64,000 nt of DNA from assembly GCA_018897195.1 (NCBI GenBank), contig JAHILH010000001.1, positions 412,565-476,564 on the forward strand. Reading direction: 5' to 3'. The notes beneath the pieces were generated by a model, which was not told where the DNA came from, did no database searches, and saw only the letters and a program-made list of their open reading frames with translations. Shown here one piece after another: positions 30,277 to 40,072 of this stretch (the stretch's first letter is position 1; each line of letters starts with the position of its first letter). The stretch is from Patescibacteria group bacterium (GTDB taxonomy: Bacteria; Patescibacteriota; Patescibacteriia; Patescibacteriales; UBA12075). Position numbers and translations under genes: made by a program.

Positions 30277-31038
30277 TTATTCAAGCCCAATTAATTCTCG
30301 CGCCAACTTCTCATAAGCCCTACCCCCCTTAGAGTTTGAGTCATAATGCAAAATTGAGCGACCAAAACTTGGCGCCTCGGCTAAGCGGACACTGCGCGGA
30401 ATTACTGTGCGAAAAACACGATTAGGAAAATATTGATAAAGCTCTTTCATAACAGAACTAGATAAACGGTTACGACTATCAAACATAGTAATCACAGCCC
30501 CCATGATGCCCAACTCGGGTTTTAAACCGCCCTGAACCAAACCGATTGTTTCCAATAATTGACTAAGTCCTTCAAGGGCATAATATTCACTTTGAATCGG
30601 AATCAAAACCTCATCCGCAGCCACCAAACTATTCACGGTCAAAAGACCTAGTGATGGTGGTCCATCAATAATTACATAATCATATTCATCCTTAATTTCA
30701 TCAAGAATTTTTTTTAAACGAAATTCACGCTCATCCATGCCAACCATTTCAATGCCAGCTCCTGCCAATGATAAAGTTGCAGGCGCAATCATATACCTGT
30801 CTTGAACCGTCCGTTTAATAATATCATAAATCGGTTTATGTCCAATTAAAGCCTCATAAATACCATGTGGCAAACCACGATGATCAATGCCAAGTCCGGA
30901 AGTGGCATTGGCTTGCGGATCTATGTCTACCAAGAGGACATTTTTGCCCAAATGTGCCAAATAAGCCCCCAGATTTACTGCAGTTGTGGTCTTACCGACT
31001 CCCCCTTTTTGATTTACAATTGAAATAATTTTACCCAT
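30277..31038 (-). CDS. parA: Chromosome partition ATPase ParA/Soj
   Basis: NQKGGVGKTTT, DIDPQANAT and EYYALEG motifs. Confidence 0.96.
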   Translation of the reverse strand: MGKIISIVNQKGGVGKTTTAVNLGAYLAHLGKNVLLVDIDPQANATSGLGIDHRGLPHGIYEALIGHKPIYDIIKRTVQDRYMIAPATLSLAGAGIEMVGMDEREFRLKKILDEIKDEYDYVIIDGPPSLGLLTVNSLVAADEVLIPIQSEYYALEGLSQLLETIGLVQGGLKPELGIMGAVITMFDSRNRLSSSVMKELYQYFPNRVFRTVIPRSVRLAEAPSFGRSILHYDSNSKGGRAYEKLARELIGLE

Positions 31039-31175
31039 TCTTACAATATTTTATACACAAGTTTATTATAACACTATTATACATTATTTTAAAATCTTTG
31101 ACAATTTTTTTAAAATAGTATATATTAAAAATAATTAAAGCCGATCCGCCATGGCGGATTAGTTTTTTTTAAAAA

Positions 31176-31259
31176 GCCTCGGTGGCGGAACTGGTAGACG
31201 CGCGGGACTCAAAATCCCGTTCCTTTCGGGGAGTGAGAGTTCGATTCTCTCCCGAGGCA
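31176..31259 (+). tRNA. tRNA-Leu(CAA)
   Basis: GCCTCGG/CCGAGGC acceptor stem, CGGGA-CTCAAAA-TCCCG anticodon arm, long variable arm, GTTCGA T-loop; no encoded CCA. Confidence 0.95.
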
Positions 31260-31264
31260 CACAA

Positions 31265-31298
31265 AAAAAAGAGTCCTGAGATTTCAGGACTCTTTTTT
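31265..31298. terminator. Bidirectional terminator after tRNA-Leu
   Basis: AAAAAAGAGTCCTGA / TCAGGACTCTTTTTT. Confidence 0.85.
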
Positions 31299-31316
31299 AT
31301 TATTCAATTTTCAGAA

Positions 31317-32375
31317 CTATTTATCCGATGTCATCTTATGGTCAAAAAGATCCCCAATAAAAACACTTACTGCCGTCGCCACCGGAATCGACAAGATTGC
31401 ACCAATAATGCCGGCAACACTAAAACCAATCATCAAAACAGAGATACTAATAATTGGGTTTAAACCAACTACTTTTTGCATTAACTTTGGCACGATAATA
31501 TTATTCTCAGTCAATTGAATGATGTAGTAAAAAATCGCAACCGAAATAGCCAAAACAATACCGCCCTGCGCAAAAGCCAAAAACACAGCCGGAATTGCCG
31601 CAAAAATCGGTCCTAAATACGGAACTGATTCTGTTAAACCCGCAATTAAGGCCAGGACCAAGGCATACTTAACGCCCAACACTGACAGGCCAGCATAAAC
31701 AAAAATAAAAATTATTACTGATAAAATTAATTGACCGCGCAACCACAGACCAATCTTTTTCTGCATCCTATTAATCAGGTGCATAGTATAAACCTGATAT
31801 TTTTGTGGCGCCAATGACCAGACGATTTTCTTAATCGCATTTTCTTCAACCACCATATAAAAAGTAATCACCAGTGTCAAAAGAAAAGTAAATATTCCAC
31901 CCACAAAACCAGAAATGGTTGAAAAGACACCACTCGTCGCATCTTGCACCGAGCCGATAGTGGCAAAATTATCTTTGATATAGGCTATCATGTTGGCAGC
32001 GGAAAGATCCTTGAAGACCGAAACTAAAATGGCCGCTTTTTCACCGATATAAGCTTTAAACTCGCCCGCAAACGGCATATTATTAGACAAGTCGGTAATT
32101 TCATTGACAATCGGCGGAATAATAAGATAAATCGACATTGCAAATACGCCAAAAACAGCCAGATACACCAATAAGACACCAACGCCTCGCGGAATTTTCT
32201 TATGATGCATCCAGTCTACCCAGGGATCAAAGGCTGAGGCTAGAATCAAAGAGATAAACAAAACTGCTAAAATATCCTTAACTAAATACAAAAAATAAAA
32301 TAACACAAAAATCAAAATAACCTTAATTACGGTCATACTTTTGATGTTTATAAAAAGTTGATTTTTTTCGTCCAT
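31317..32375 (-). CDS. AI-2E/PerM family transporter
   Basis: Multi-TM; WLRGQL, VPYLGP and ENNIIVPKLMQKVVGLNP motifs. Confidence 0.9.
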   Translation of the reverse strand: MDEKNQLFINIKSMTVIKVILIFVLFYFLYLVKDILAVLFISLILASAFDPWVDWMHHKKIPRGVGVLLVYLAVFGVFAMSIYLIIPPIVNEITDLSNNMPFAGEFKAYIGEKAAILVSVFKDLSAANMIAYIKDNFATIGSVQDATSGVFSTISGFVGGIFTFLLTLVITFYMVVEENAIKKIVWSLAPQKYQVYTMHLINRMQKKIGLWLRGQLILSVIIFIFVYAGLSVLGVKYALVLALIAGLTESVPYLGPIFAAIPAVFLAFAQGGIVLAISVAIFYYIIQLTENNIIVPKLMQKVVGLNPIISISVLMIGFSVAGIIGAILSIPVATAVSVFIGDLFDHKMTSDK

Positions 32376-32442
32376 ATTATTATTTTCGGTTGAGCAATCT
32401 TTATATTACCAACCACACAAAAGCCCTGCGGCTTTTTTAATA

Positions 32443-33144
32443 TTAAACTCCTAATTCATTTATGACTACAAATTTTTTGCTCTCTAAAACTTCATACAAA
32501 AATACATCAGTTACTTCGCGACGATATTTAAATTCACGCTCCTCCATGCAAGTATAATTAATTTCTCGATCCAACTCTTTTTCCAAATCCTCAACCAGCT
32601 TTTCAACCTTTGGTTTATTTACTTTTCCGACTAACAGCAAATCAACTTTTGCAGCCTTGTTGCCAACAAAAAAACCAGACATGACCAACAACTTAATACT
32701 ACCGGTTTTTTTCAAGCTATTAATAAAGTCCTCCTCGTATAAAACTTGCGCCTTCATTATTAACGCCTTCAGCTCCTCGAACAAAATGAATTGCCTGTTT
32801 ATCCGAAAAGATTTTTCCACTTTTTTAATTTTAACTGATTCTTCTTTCTCTTTACGTTCCTTGGCCTCTTTTTCTTTTTTCAAATTTTCTCTTTGCATCT
32901 CCTGCACTAACATATTTTCAGGATATAATTCCTCACCAATATCAATAGTTCTTCTTTCGTCATTTTTTTCACCAGACGTCAAAAGGCCAAATTTTTCTAA
33001 ATTCTCAAGCTCCTTTATCACCAAAAGCAATTGCAATCCAAAATCTTTAGCCAACTGCTTGGCAAAAAAACCCTTGTCTGGGCTGGATAAAAATATTTTT
33101 AAAATTTTAACTCTTAAATTTGAACCAAATAATTTTTCTAACAT
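32443..33144 (-). CDS. Winged-helix plus minimal nucleotidyltransferase-like protein
   Basis: LFGSNLRVKIL...ELENLEKFGLL N-terminus; SGFF, VDLLLVG and REINY C-terminus. Confidence 0.65.
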   Translation of the reverse strand: MLEKLFGSNLRVKILKIFLSSPDKGFFAKQLAKDFGLQLLLVIKELENLEKFGLLTSGEKNDERRTIDIGEELYPENMLVQEMQRENLKKEKEAKERKEKEESVKIKKVEKSFRINRQFILFEELKALIMKAQVLYEEDFINSLKKTGSIKLLVMSGFFVGNKAAKVDLLLVGKVNKPKVEKLVEDLEKELDREINYTCMEEREFKYRREVTDVFLYEVLESKKFVVINELGV

Positions 33145-33246
33145 AACTAATTTTCTATTATATATTATTTATCCTCCTTGATATTTCTATACCTTTTATA
33201 GTATAATATTATTAGAATTAAGTCAAAATTTTAAATAGGAAAATCG

Positions 33247-35502
33247 ATGTACAACAAAATCGCCCAATTCTCTCTATCCTCCAAAAAAGCAAACAATATT
33301 AACGATATTTTTGTCGCTCAGCCTGATTTTAATATTGAAAAAATTGCCGGAAAACTGTTTATCGTCATGGAAATTGACACTACTTACAAAAATACGCCCA
33401 AAATAATCAATTTCTTAAATAATACGATTAATAGTAATTATTATCAAAATGAAAAAATAATCCTCAGGGAAAAAATAAGCACACTCAAAATAGAGCACAT
33501 TTTTGAGGCCTCTCTTACCAAAACCAACAAACAATTTACCGAATTTCTAGAACGAGAAAAAATAGATTTTGATTTCGACACTATTAATGCCACGGTTGGC
33601 GTTATTCATGAAAATGACATTCATTTTGCCAACACGGGCAAAAACAAAATTCTCCTTGTTTACAAAAATCTCAAAAAAGAAAAAGAAAGCCCACTTATAA
33701 GCGAGGCCAAAAAAGAGGAATATAAAATATCCGAAGTCTCCAAGCACATCATTAGAAGTAAAGATGACGAGGAGAATAATGAAAAATTATTCTCTAATGT
33801 TATTAGTGGTAAAATACCAGCAAGAGGCAATCTCATTGTCTGCAATGAAGCTTTGCCGGAATATTTTTCCAATAAACAACTTATTGACACGGTCGCCACG
33901 CTGCCGCCAGTTCCAGCTGTTACTCAAATCAAAAACTATCTCAGCGCTCTCAATGTGTATACTTCATTTTATGGCATAATTATCAAAAACACTTCTCTTG
34001 ATCCAGAAGAGCCTCGTCCAAGCACTAGATTAATGCCCAATACCAATAACTCGATTAGTCAACTCAATAAAACCGAAAATGAAACGGAGGGCCTCTTGTC
34101 CCCTGGCAACATATTCAGTCAAATAAAATTACCAACCGCGCTTAATCTTTTTTTAAATAGACGAAAATCTAGCTCAAGCGCTAACCACATCTTACTCAAA
34201 GACAAAATCTTTTTCAGAAAGAAAAATTTCACCATCCTTAAAAAATTATGGGACTACGTAAAAAACTTCTTTATCTACACTGGTCATCTTATTACCCATC
34301 TGACTAAAAATTTATTTAACAATGACAAGCCGAAGAAATTAATTAAACAAATTGCCATTTTTTTCAAAGTCCTAAATATTAAGAATAAAATTCTATTAGC
34401 CTTATTCTTCTTTTTTATCGCGCTCTTTGTTTCTAATTCCATCTACCTAAAAACCAAAAATCAAAAACAAGAGGCGCAAATTGATTATAAAATTCTTACC
34501 GCCGAAATCGAACAAAAACAAAATCAAATTGACGCAACCCTTTTATACAACAACGACAACGGCGCCAAAAAACTTTTCTCCGAGCTTGAAGTCCTGATTG
34601 GCCAATTACCGCAAAAGTCACCCGAAGACAACCAAAACTACCTAAAATTTAAAACCAAGATTGATGCACAAATGGAAAAAATTCGCAAAATAACCAAGAT
34701 TGATAAACCAGTGGAGATTGCCAATTTTAGTAAGCTCAACGCCAATGCCCAGACCAAAAATATCACTTTTGTGCCTGATGATAAGCAGGGAATAATTTAT
34801 GGCACTGATCCAATTCAAAAATCGATCTATACTATTAATGTCAAAGAAAATTCAGCCACTATTTTCACACCCAAAGAATCAATTAACATCCTTAATCTTT
34901 TATCCCCCTCCAAAAATGGTGAAAATTTAATTTACTACTTAAATGACAAAAGCATCATCGAGTTTGACCCAGGCAAAAACACACTGAGTGAAATTGCCAT
35001 CGAGGAAAAAGCTTTGGATAATCTCGTCTCCGCCGAGGCCTACGGTGATAAAATGTATTTATTTAATAAAAATGGCGAAATAATCAGATACACCAAAAAA
35101 GGCAAAACCTTTGCCTCGGCCTATCTTTGGAATCAAAACAATACTGCCGATCTCAAAGATGCCATCGGCATTAGCATTGAAGGCAACATCTTTGCTCTCA
35201 GCGCGACTGGTTCCATTATCAAGTTAGCCCGTGGCGAAAAAGTTGATTTCCCCCTTGAACAAATCGATCCTCCGTTTAGCAATCCAACCAAAATCTACGC
35301 TTCGCCAAGTCTTAAATTTCTCTATATCCTCGAACCAAGCCAAAAAAGACTGGCCGTCTTTGACAAGGACGGAAAATTCCTCGCTCAATACAAATTTGAC
35401 TCATTGGAAAATGTTGCAGACTTTGCTATTGATGAAAAAAATAAAAAATTATATCTTCTAAATAATAACTCTGTATTCAGCGCTACTACTAATCATTTTT
35501 AG
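33247..35502 (+). CDS. Membrane-anchored protein: degenerate PP2C-like N-domain, TM, C-terminal beta-propeller
   Basis: 751-aa ORF with a central TM (ILLALFFFFIALFV) and NHL-like repeats (LYILEPSQKRLAVFDKDGK); the PP2C-like fold is inferred. Confidence 0.6.
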   Translation: MYNKIAQFSLSSKKANNINDIFVAQPDFNIEKIAGKLFIVMEIDTTYKNTPKIINFLNNTINSNYYQNEKIILREKISTLKIEHIFEASLTKTNKQFTEFLEREKIDFDFDTINATVGVIHENDIHFANTGKNKILLVYKNLKKEKESPLISEAKKEEYKISEVSKHIIRSKDDEENNEKLFSNVISGKIPARGNLIVCNEALPEYFSNKQLIDTVATLPPVPAVTQIKNYLSALNVYTSFYGIIIKNTSLDPEEPRPSTRLMPNTNNSISQLNKTENETEGLLSPGNIFSQIKLPTALNLFLNRRKSSSSANHILLKDKIFFRKKNFTILKKLWDYVKNFFIYTGHLITHLTKNLFNNDKPKKLIKQIAIFFKVLNIKNKILLALFFFFIALFVSNSIYLKTKNQKQEAQIDYKILTAEIEQKQNQIDATLLYNNDNGAKKLFSELEVLIGQLPQKSPEDNQNYLKFKTKIDAQMEKIRKITKIDKPVEIANFSKLNANAQTKNITFVPDDKQGIIYGTDPIQKSIYTINVKENSATIFTPKESINILNLLSPSKNGENLIYYLNDKSIIEFDPGKNTLSEIAIEEKALDNLVSAEAYGDKMYLFNKNGEIIRYTKKGKTFASAYLWNQNNTADLKDAIGISIEGNIFALSATGSIIKLARGEKVDFPLEQIDPPFSNPTKIYASPSLKFLYILEPSQKRLAVFDKDGKFLAQYKFDSLENVADFAIDEKNKKLYLLNNNSVFSATTNHF

Positions 35503-35522
35503 AAAACACTGTCTTGGATATA

Positions 35523-35554
35523 AAAAAATACGACTTGCATAAGTCGTATTTTTT
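35523..35554. terminator. Bidirectional terminator
   Basis: AAAAAATACGACTT / AAGTCGTATTTTTT between convergent genes. Confidence 0.8.
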
Positions 35555-35564
35555 ATTTTCAAAA

Positions 35565-36332
35565 TTATTTTCTCGCCAATTCAACCGCATTTTGAATGCG
35601 ATAATAATTAATCCCAACATCTGCAATCCATTTATCAACACTTTCCGGACTGTGCCCCGCACAGGTACTGCCACATTTCCAGGAAATCATCTGCTCTGGT
35701 GTTCGCGCGCCTTGTTTTACGATTCTAGCAATCCGATCACCAACCACTTGAATAGCATGATCCGGGTTATCAAAACAAGAATAGCCACTCTTAGTTGTAT
35801 TTTCCCTACCTCTATATCCCCAATAATTAAAACACTCTTTCCCGTCTTTTTTCGGTGAAAATTTTCCAAACTTACTTTCCTTCATGGCAATGCCAACAAT
35901 AAAGGCCGCTGTCGTTTCATCACGATTAGCAATAGCGTCGGTCATTTTTTCCATGGGCGTGCCTTTTATAATTTTACTTATGTTGTTGTGCAAAATCTGA
36001 TTAGCGATTTTTTTCTTCACTGGTTGCATTACAAAAAGTTTACGCGGATTCACTACATTCTTATATAATATCGCTGAACACATTTTTTCTGCATTAACAC
36101 CTTCATTCAATGACAAAGCTGGAAAGAAAGGCACGGACGGATTTATCAAAAACAAAGCAAACAAAGCAGCCAACAAAAGTTTCTTTTTGTTGAACGGTTT
36201 TTTGGGAGCACTAACTAGAGCTACTCTAGCCGCCACCATCTTTTTATGACGTTTTTTCTTCCGAGACTTCTCCGCCTCCTCCAACCTCCTTAATTTGAGT
36301 TTTTTCTTATTAGAATTTGAATCTTTTTTCAT
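35565..36332 (-). CDS. Membrane-anchored lysozyme/glucosaminidase-like protein
   Basis: Basic N-terminus, TM, then IAMKESKFG, NYWGY and GYSCF, matching the ES...N-x-x-G...Y pattern of lysozyme-like hydrolases (inference). Confidence 0.55.
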   Translation of the reverse strand: MKKDSNSNKKKLKLRRLEEAEKSRKKKRHKKMVAARVALVSAPKKPFNKKKLLLAALFALFLINPSVPFFPALSLNEGVNAEKMCSAILYKNVVNPRKLFVMQPVKKKIANQILHNNISKIIKGTPMEKMTDAIANRDETTAAFIVGIAMKESKFGKFSPKKDGKECFNYWGYRGRENTTKSGYSCFDNPDHAIQVVGDRIARIVKQGARTPEQMISWKCGSTCAGHSPESVDKWIADVGINYYRIQNAVELARK

Positions 36333-36427
36333 TATTTTCGAAAATTTCTAAAACAAAAAGAATAGCCTTCGGCTACTCTAACATAAACGCATCTTAGCAG
36401 TTCAAGCCAAACTTGTCAATGCTAAAC

Positions 36428-36458
36428 AAAAAAATAAGGCTAATTTTAGCCTTATTTT
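36428..36458. repeat. AATAAGGCTAA-type palindrome/terminator (family D)
   Basis: AAAATAAGGCTAATTTTAGCCTTATTTT; related copies at 44174, 46185, 48112 and 48767. Confidence 0.7.
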
Positions 36459-36528
36459 ATTTGAAGAGCTTGAATTATTCCAGTTATTCTTCACTCATTG
36501 TTATCAAAATGTATCTTGCTACTAAATT

Positions 36529-36951
36529 TTACTTAACCAGTTGTTCCGCATGATCACAAACGCCATTGTTATTAGTATCAGCAAAACCAACACTATCACC
36601 AGCACCCTTGTGCATCGCGCAACCACCGCCGGTGTGACCAGCACCATTATTCATGCCGCAGCCACCGCTACGATTACCACGTCCTTGTCCTAAACCAAGT
36701 TCTGTGCGAATTTTTTGTGCTTCGCCATATTCACCATCAACCATTAATTGGTGCATTTTGTTGAATTGGTCAAAGTTTTTCTCAGTCACCACTTCTGATG
36801 CCCGACCGCCTTTACTGCCCATAGCTTCGCGCCATGCGCCATAATTATTAGACGCAGCGTAAACTACAGTCACAGCTGAAACAGCTAAGATAGCCATGCC
36901 TAAACCGATAAAAAGATGTGTTTTGTTCATATTATTGTTTCGCCACGCCAT
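36529..36951 (-). CDS. Exported protein with Gly/Cys/His/Met-rich tail and EF-hand-like loop
   Basis: Signal peptide; GGCGM...GGGCAMHKG; FADTNNNGVCD. Confidence 0.7.
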   Translation of the reverse strand: MAWRNNNMNKTHLFIGLGMAILAVSAVTVVYAASNNYGAWREAMGSKGGRASEVVTEKNFDQFNKMHQLMVDGEYGEAQKIRTELGLGQGRGNRSGGCGMNNGAGHTGGGCAMHKGAGDSVGFADTNNNGVCDHAEQLVK

Positions 36952-37011
36952 AGTTTTGGCGATGGCGGGTATTTAATAAATAAAAGCGAAAGTTAAGCCT
37001 TTCATTCTTAT

Positions 37012-37038
37012 TACGCAAGCCTTATTATTTTTCTTTCA
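37012..37038 (-). promoter_or_regulatory. ECF-type promoter, copy 1
   Basis: Minus strand TGAAAG-N17-CGTA; same architecture as 38367-38393. Confidence 0.7.
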
Positions 37039-37767
37039 CTATTTCATCATTTGACACGCTCCAGCGCTCTCCATTACAGCACAACCACCAGACATCAACC
37101 ACGGACGTACCTCTTGAACAATAAAATTATTTCCATCCATAGTTCCAATTAATTTAACTCTTAAATTAATTTCAGCCCGCAGATCATGTCGCCATAAGGC
37201 TTTACTTGCATCAACTGTCCAAGTCCGTCCATCAAAATCCTGAAAACTAAAATTATTATCATCTTGAATCTTAATTATTTCACCCGCCAATAAGCCTTCA
37301 TTCGGCCGTTGCCACATATCTTTCATATAGGCCTCCCTGTTTTGATATAATGGCGAAGCGCTAAAAAAACTATCCATACGCTGACTAGCACCAAAATAAT
37401 TCAGCGACCCGCCTAGAATTAATCCCAATAATAGTAAACTTAAAGTAATTTTCAAAACTGAATAACGATAGCCACGGCCGATATTACGAAAATCGAATAA
37501 AGCCAAACCACCGCCAATAATAATCACGCTTAATAATAACAATGGCATTCGTCCAAAAAATAAACCAAACCCAAGACGACCGCCATGCACCCATGGACCA
37601 TCAGACCAAAAATACCATAGCAAACCAAGAGCTGAAATTATCAGCAAAATAAACAACCCTAGTCCAATCCACTGTCCACTATCACGCAAACGAAATTGCC
37701 AAATCGGCAAAGGTTTAATCTGTTCTTTTTTAATTTTATTTAAAACTTTGTCTGAAATTGTATTCAT
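37039..37767 (-). CDS. Membrane protein with external OB-like domain, probable anti-sigma partner
   Basis: Three TM segments; starts 4 nt after the ECF sigma gene; Cys-containing tail GGCAVM...GACQMM. Confidence 0.6.
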   Translation of the reverse strand: MNTISDKVLNKIKKEQIKPLPIWQFRLRDSGQWIGLGLFILLIISALGLLWYFWSDGPWVHGGRLGFGLFFGRMPLLLLSVIIIGGGLALFDFRNIGRGYRYSVLKITLSLLLLGLILGGSLNYFGASQRMDSFFSASPLYQNREAYMKDMWQRPNEGLLAGEIIKIQDDNNFSFQDFDGRTWTVDASKALWRHDLRAEINLRVKLIGTMDGNNFIVQEVRPWLMSGGCAVMESAGACQMMK

Positions 37768-37771
37768 AATA

Positions 37772-38344
37772 TTAATTTAGTAATTCACCTTCAATAATTT
37801 TCGCAAATTGTTTCTTCGCCCGATTAACCAAGGTTGCAATCGTCCCCATCGGTTTTTTTAAAATATCAGACATTTCGCTATAATCTTTTTCTTCAAAATA
37901 TTTCAAAATCAAAACCTCCCGATATTTAGAATCTAATTGCTCCAAAATAATATTTATTTTCTTTTGCAAAAGCTCTTGATCAATTTGTTTACCTGGGCAA
38001 TTATCGCGTGCCATTTCTTGCCACGGTGCCAAGTCTGATAATTCCACCGTCGGCCGCACGTTAACCTTGCGAAAGGCACTGATAGTCTGATTGTGTGCAA
38101 TCCGGTACAACCAAGAGGAAAATTTCAAATCTTTATTAAAATCATTTAGATGTAAATAGGCATTTAAAAAAACCTCCTGCAAAACATCCTCGGCATCCGT
38201 GGAATTACTACCAAGCCGAACAACATAACGCCGCAAAGCCTCAGTATAACGATTAACCAAACAAGCATAATAATCAGAATTGGCTAAAACAAGCTCAACT
38301 AATGCCTCGTCGGAGTATTTTTGACATTCATTTTCCGTAATCAT
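37772..38344 (-). CDS. ECF sigma factor (SigW-like)
   Basis: DAEDVLQEVF, FSSWLYRIAHN region 2 and YSEMSDILKKPMGTIATLVNRAK region 4. Confidence 0.92.
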   Translation of the reverse strand: MITENECQKYSDEALVELVLANSDYYACLVNRYTEALRRYVVRLGSNSTDAEDVLQEVFLNAYLHLNDFNKDLKFSSWLYRIAHNQTISAFRKVNVRPTVELSDLAPWQEMARDNCPGKQIDQELLQKKINIILEQLDSKYREVLILKYFEEKDYSEMSDILKKPMGTIATLVNRAKKQFAKIIEGELLN

Positions 38345-38366
38345 AATTAAAGTATAGCACAATTAG

Positions 38367-38393
38367 TACGCATGTTAAGCAATTTTTCTTTCA
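38367..38393 (-). promoter_or_regulatory. ECF-type autoregulatory promoter, copy 2
   Basis: Minus strand TGAAAGAAAAAT-N10-GCGTA just upstream of the sigma gene. Confidence 0.7.
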
Positions 38394-38442
38394 AATTATA
38401 TGTTAATTAATAAACACCCGGATTATATTTTAAATATTCAAC

Positions 38443-38489
38443 TTGACAGATATTTTCATTATGATACTATATCAATAGTCATTGATATA
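38443..38489 (+). promoter_or_regulatory. Sigma70 promoter with overlapping ArsR-type operator
   Basis: TTGACA...TGATACTAT followed by the imperfect palindrome TATATCAAT-AGTC-ATTGATATA (ATCAA-N6-TTGAT core). Confidence 0.65.
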
Positions 38490-38531
38490 CTTTAATCAAA
38501 AAATTGTATTTTATTAATTTAAAAACTCACT

Positions 38532-39299
38532 ATGAAAAGAAAAATTATTCAAATTGATGAAGAACTATGTAACGGCTGTGGTGCTTGTACACACGTCTGC
38601 GCCGAGGCAGCTCTAGAAATCGTTAACGGCAAAGCAAAACTTGTTCGAGATTTTTTTTGCGACGGTATGGGGGCATGTTTAGATGTTTGCCCGGTTGACG
38701 CCTTGAAAGTCGTCGAAAAAGACACAGACGCTTATGACGTAGAAAAAACCGCCGAACATGTGCGCAAGGCTCGCGGCGAGGAAGCGGTAAAAAATGTTCA
38801 CGGTTATCAAGCTGAGGATGAAAAGGAAATTGCGGGAGCGCCGATGGCCTGCGGTTGTTCTGGTTCAATGATGCGTGATTTTTCAGATACTCCCCCACCT
38901 AGTCCTAATAATATTGAACAGACTAGCGCTGTCTCCGAACTAAGGCAATGGCCTGTTCAACTTCACTTAGTCAGCCCGGCGGCTCCTTATTTCAAGGATG
39001 CTGATTTATTGATCTCTGCTGATTGTGTGCCCTTTGCTTATGCGAATTTTCATAATAAATTTCTAAAAAACAAAAAACTCATCATGTTCTGCCCCAAACT
39101 TGATAGCGGGCAAGAAGAGTATGTAGAAAAACTGACTGAATTATTCCAAACACAAAATATCCGTTCCGTAACCTTGGTCCGCATGGAAGTGCCCTGCTGT
39201 GGTGGAGTTGAATATCTTGTCACCGAAGCCATCAAAAGAGCAGGCGTTAATGTAATCATCAAAGACTACACTATCTCTATCAGAGGTGAAGTTGTTTAA
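38532..39299 (+). CDS. 4Fe-4S ferredoxin-domain protein with Cys-rich C-domain
   Basis: CNGCGACTHVC, CDGMGACLDVCP, QWPVQL, ADCVPF, CPKLD and MEVPCC motifs. Confidence 0.9.
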   Translation: MKRKIIQIDEELCNGCGACTHVCAEAALEIVNGKAKLVRDFFCDGMGACLDVCPVDALKVVEKDTDAYDVEKTAEHVRKARGEEAVKNVHGYQAEDEKEIAGAPMACGCSGSMMRDFSDTPPPSPNNIEQTSAVSELRQWPVQLHLVSPAAPYFKDADLLISADCVPFAYANFHNKFLKNKKLIMFCPKLDSGQEEYVEKLTELFQTQNIRSVTLVRMEVPCCGGVEYLVTEAIKRAGVNVIIKDYTISIRGEVV

Positions 39300-39303
39300 A
39301 CTT

Positions 39304-39606
39304 ATGAAATTAACTTGTTGTGATTTAGCTCAAAAAAAAATAAAACTTAAAACTGCTGTAAAATTTTTAAAGGTTATATCCGATGAGAATCGCCTAAATA
39401 TTTTACGCATTTTAAGAGACAAAGAATTAAGCGTCAGTGAAATCTGGCAATATTTAGACTTGTCACAAAATCTCGTTTCACATCATCTAAAAGTATTAAA
39501 AGATTTTGGCCTGGTCGATTCCCAAAAAAACGGCATGAAAGTTATTTATTCCTTAAACTTAAGCAATGCCAAAAGATATAAAGCTTTATTAATTAATTTT
39601 ATATAA
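39304..39606 (+). CDS. ArsR/SmtB family regulator
   Basis: SDENRLNIL, SQNLVSHHLKVLK; N-terminal CC. Confidence 0.9.
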   Translation: MKLTCCDLAQKKIKLKTAVKFLKVISDENRLNILRILRDKELSVSEIWQYLDLSQNLVSHHLKVLKDFGLVDSQKNGMKVIYSLNLSNAKRYKALLINFI

Positions 39607-39658
39607 AAACCTACTCAATAATTAATCAATTGATAACACGGTTGCTAACCTAAAAAAT

Positions 39659-39979
39659 ATGTTAAAAGTTAATTCCGCTGAAATTTATAAATTTGCCGAC
39701 ATGGTCGGCTATCAAGACGGCTCGATTGTTAGTCGCGAGATTATCCAAAAACCAAGTGGCACTATTACTGTCTTTGCCTTTGGCGCTGGTCAAGGATTAA
39801 GTGAACACATTGCCCCCTTTGACGCACTCGTCTACATCCTCGATGGACAAGCCGAGGTTATGATTGACGGAAAAATGTCTGAAGTTGGTCAAGGTGAAAT
39901 GATAATTTTACCAGTCAATGTTATTCACGCCCTTAAAGCCGTTCAAAAATTTAAAATGGCCCTGATAATGATTCGCTAA
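39659..39979 (+). CDS. Cupin-domain protein
   Basis: FAFGAGQGLSEHIAPFDA and IHALKA motifs. Confidence 0.88.
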   Translation: MLKVNSAEIYKFADMVGYQDGSIVSREIIQKPSGTITVFAFGAGQGLSEHIAPFDALVYILDGQAEVMIDGKMSEVGQGEMIILPVNVIHALKAVQKFKMALIMIR

Positions 39980-40000
39980 AAAAATATACCAATGACAACA

Positions 40001-40037
40001 AAAAAACCACTTTGAAATAATTACAAAGTGGTTTTTT
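40001..40037. terminator. Bidirectional terminator
   Basis: AAAAAACCACTTTG / CAAAGTGGTTTTTT. Confidence 0.75.
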
Positions 40038-40072
40038 ATACGCCCCTAGACGGGGGTTCTTCTTGGTTCATG

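Noticed and set aside
218..31059. Replication origin from DnaA boxes (218-226, 31051-31059) and parAB
   Set aside because: Boxes are isolated, dnaA/dnaN are absent and the gene-strand bias does not switch.
31182..31463. 93-aa ORF starting MAELVDARDSK
   Set aside because: It is a translation of tRNA-Leu and its terminator, running antisense into the AI-2E gene.
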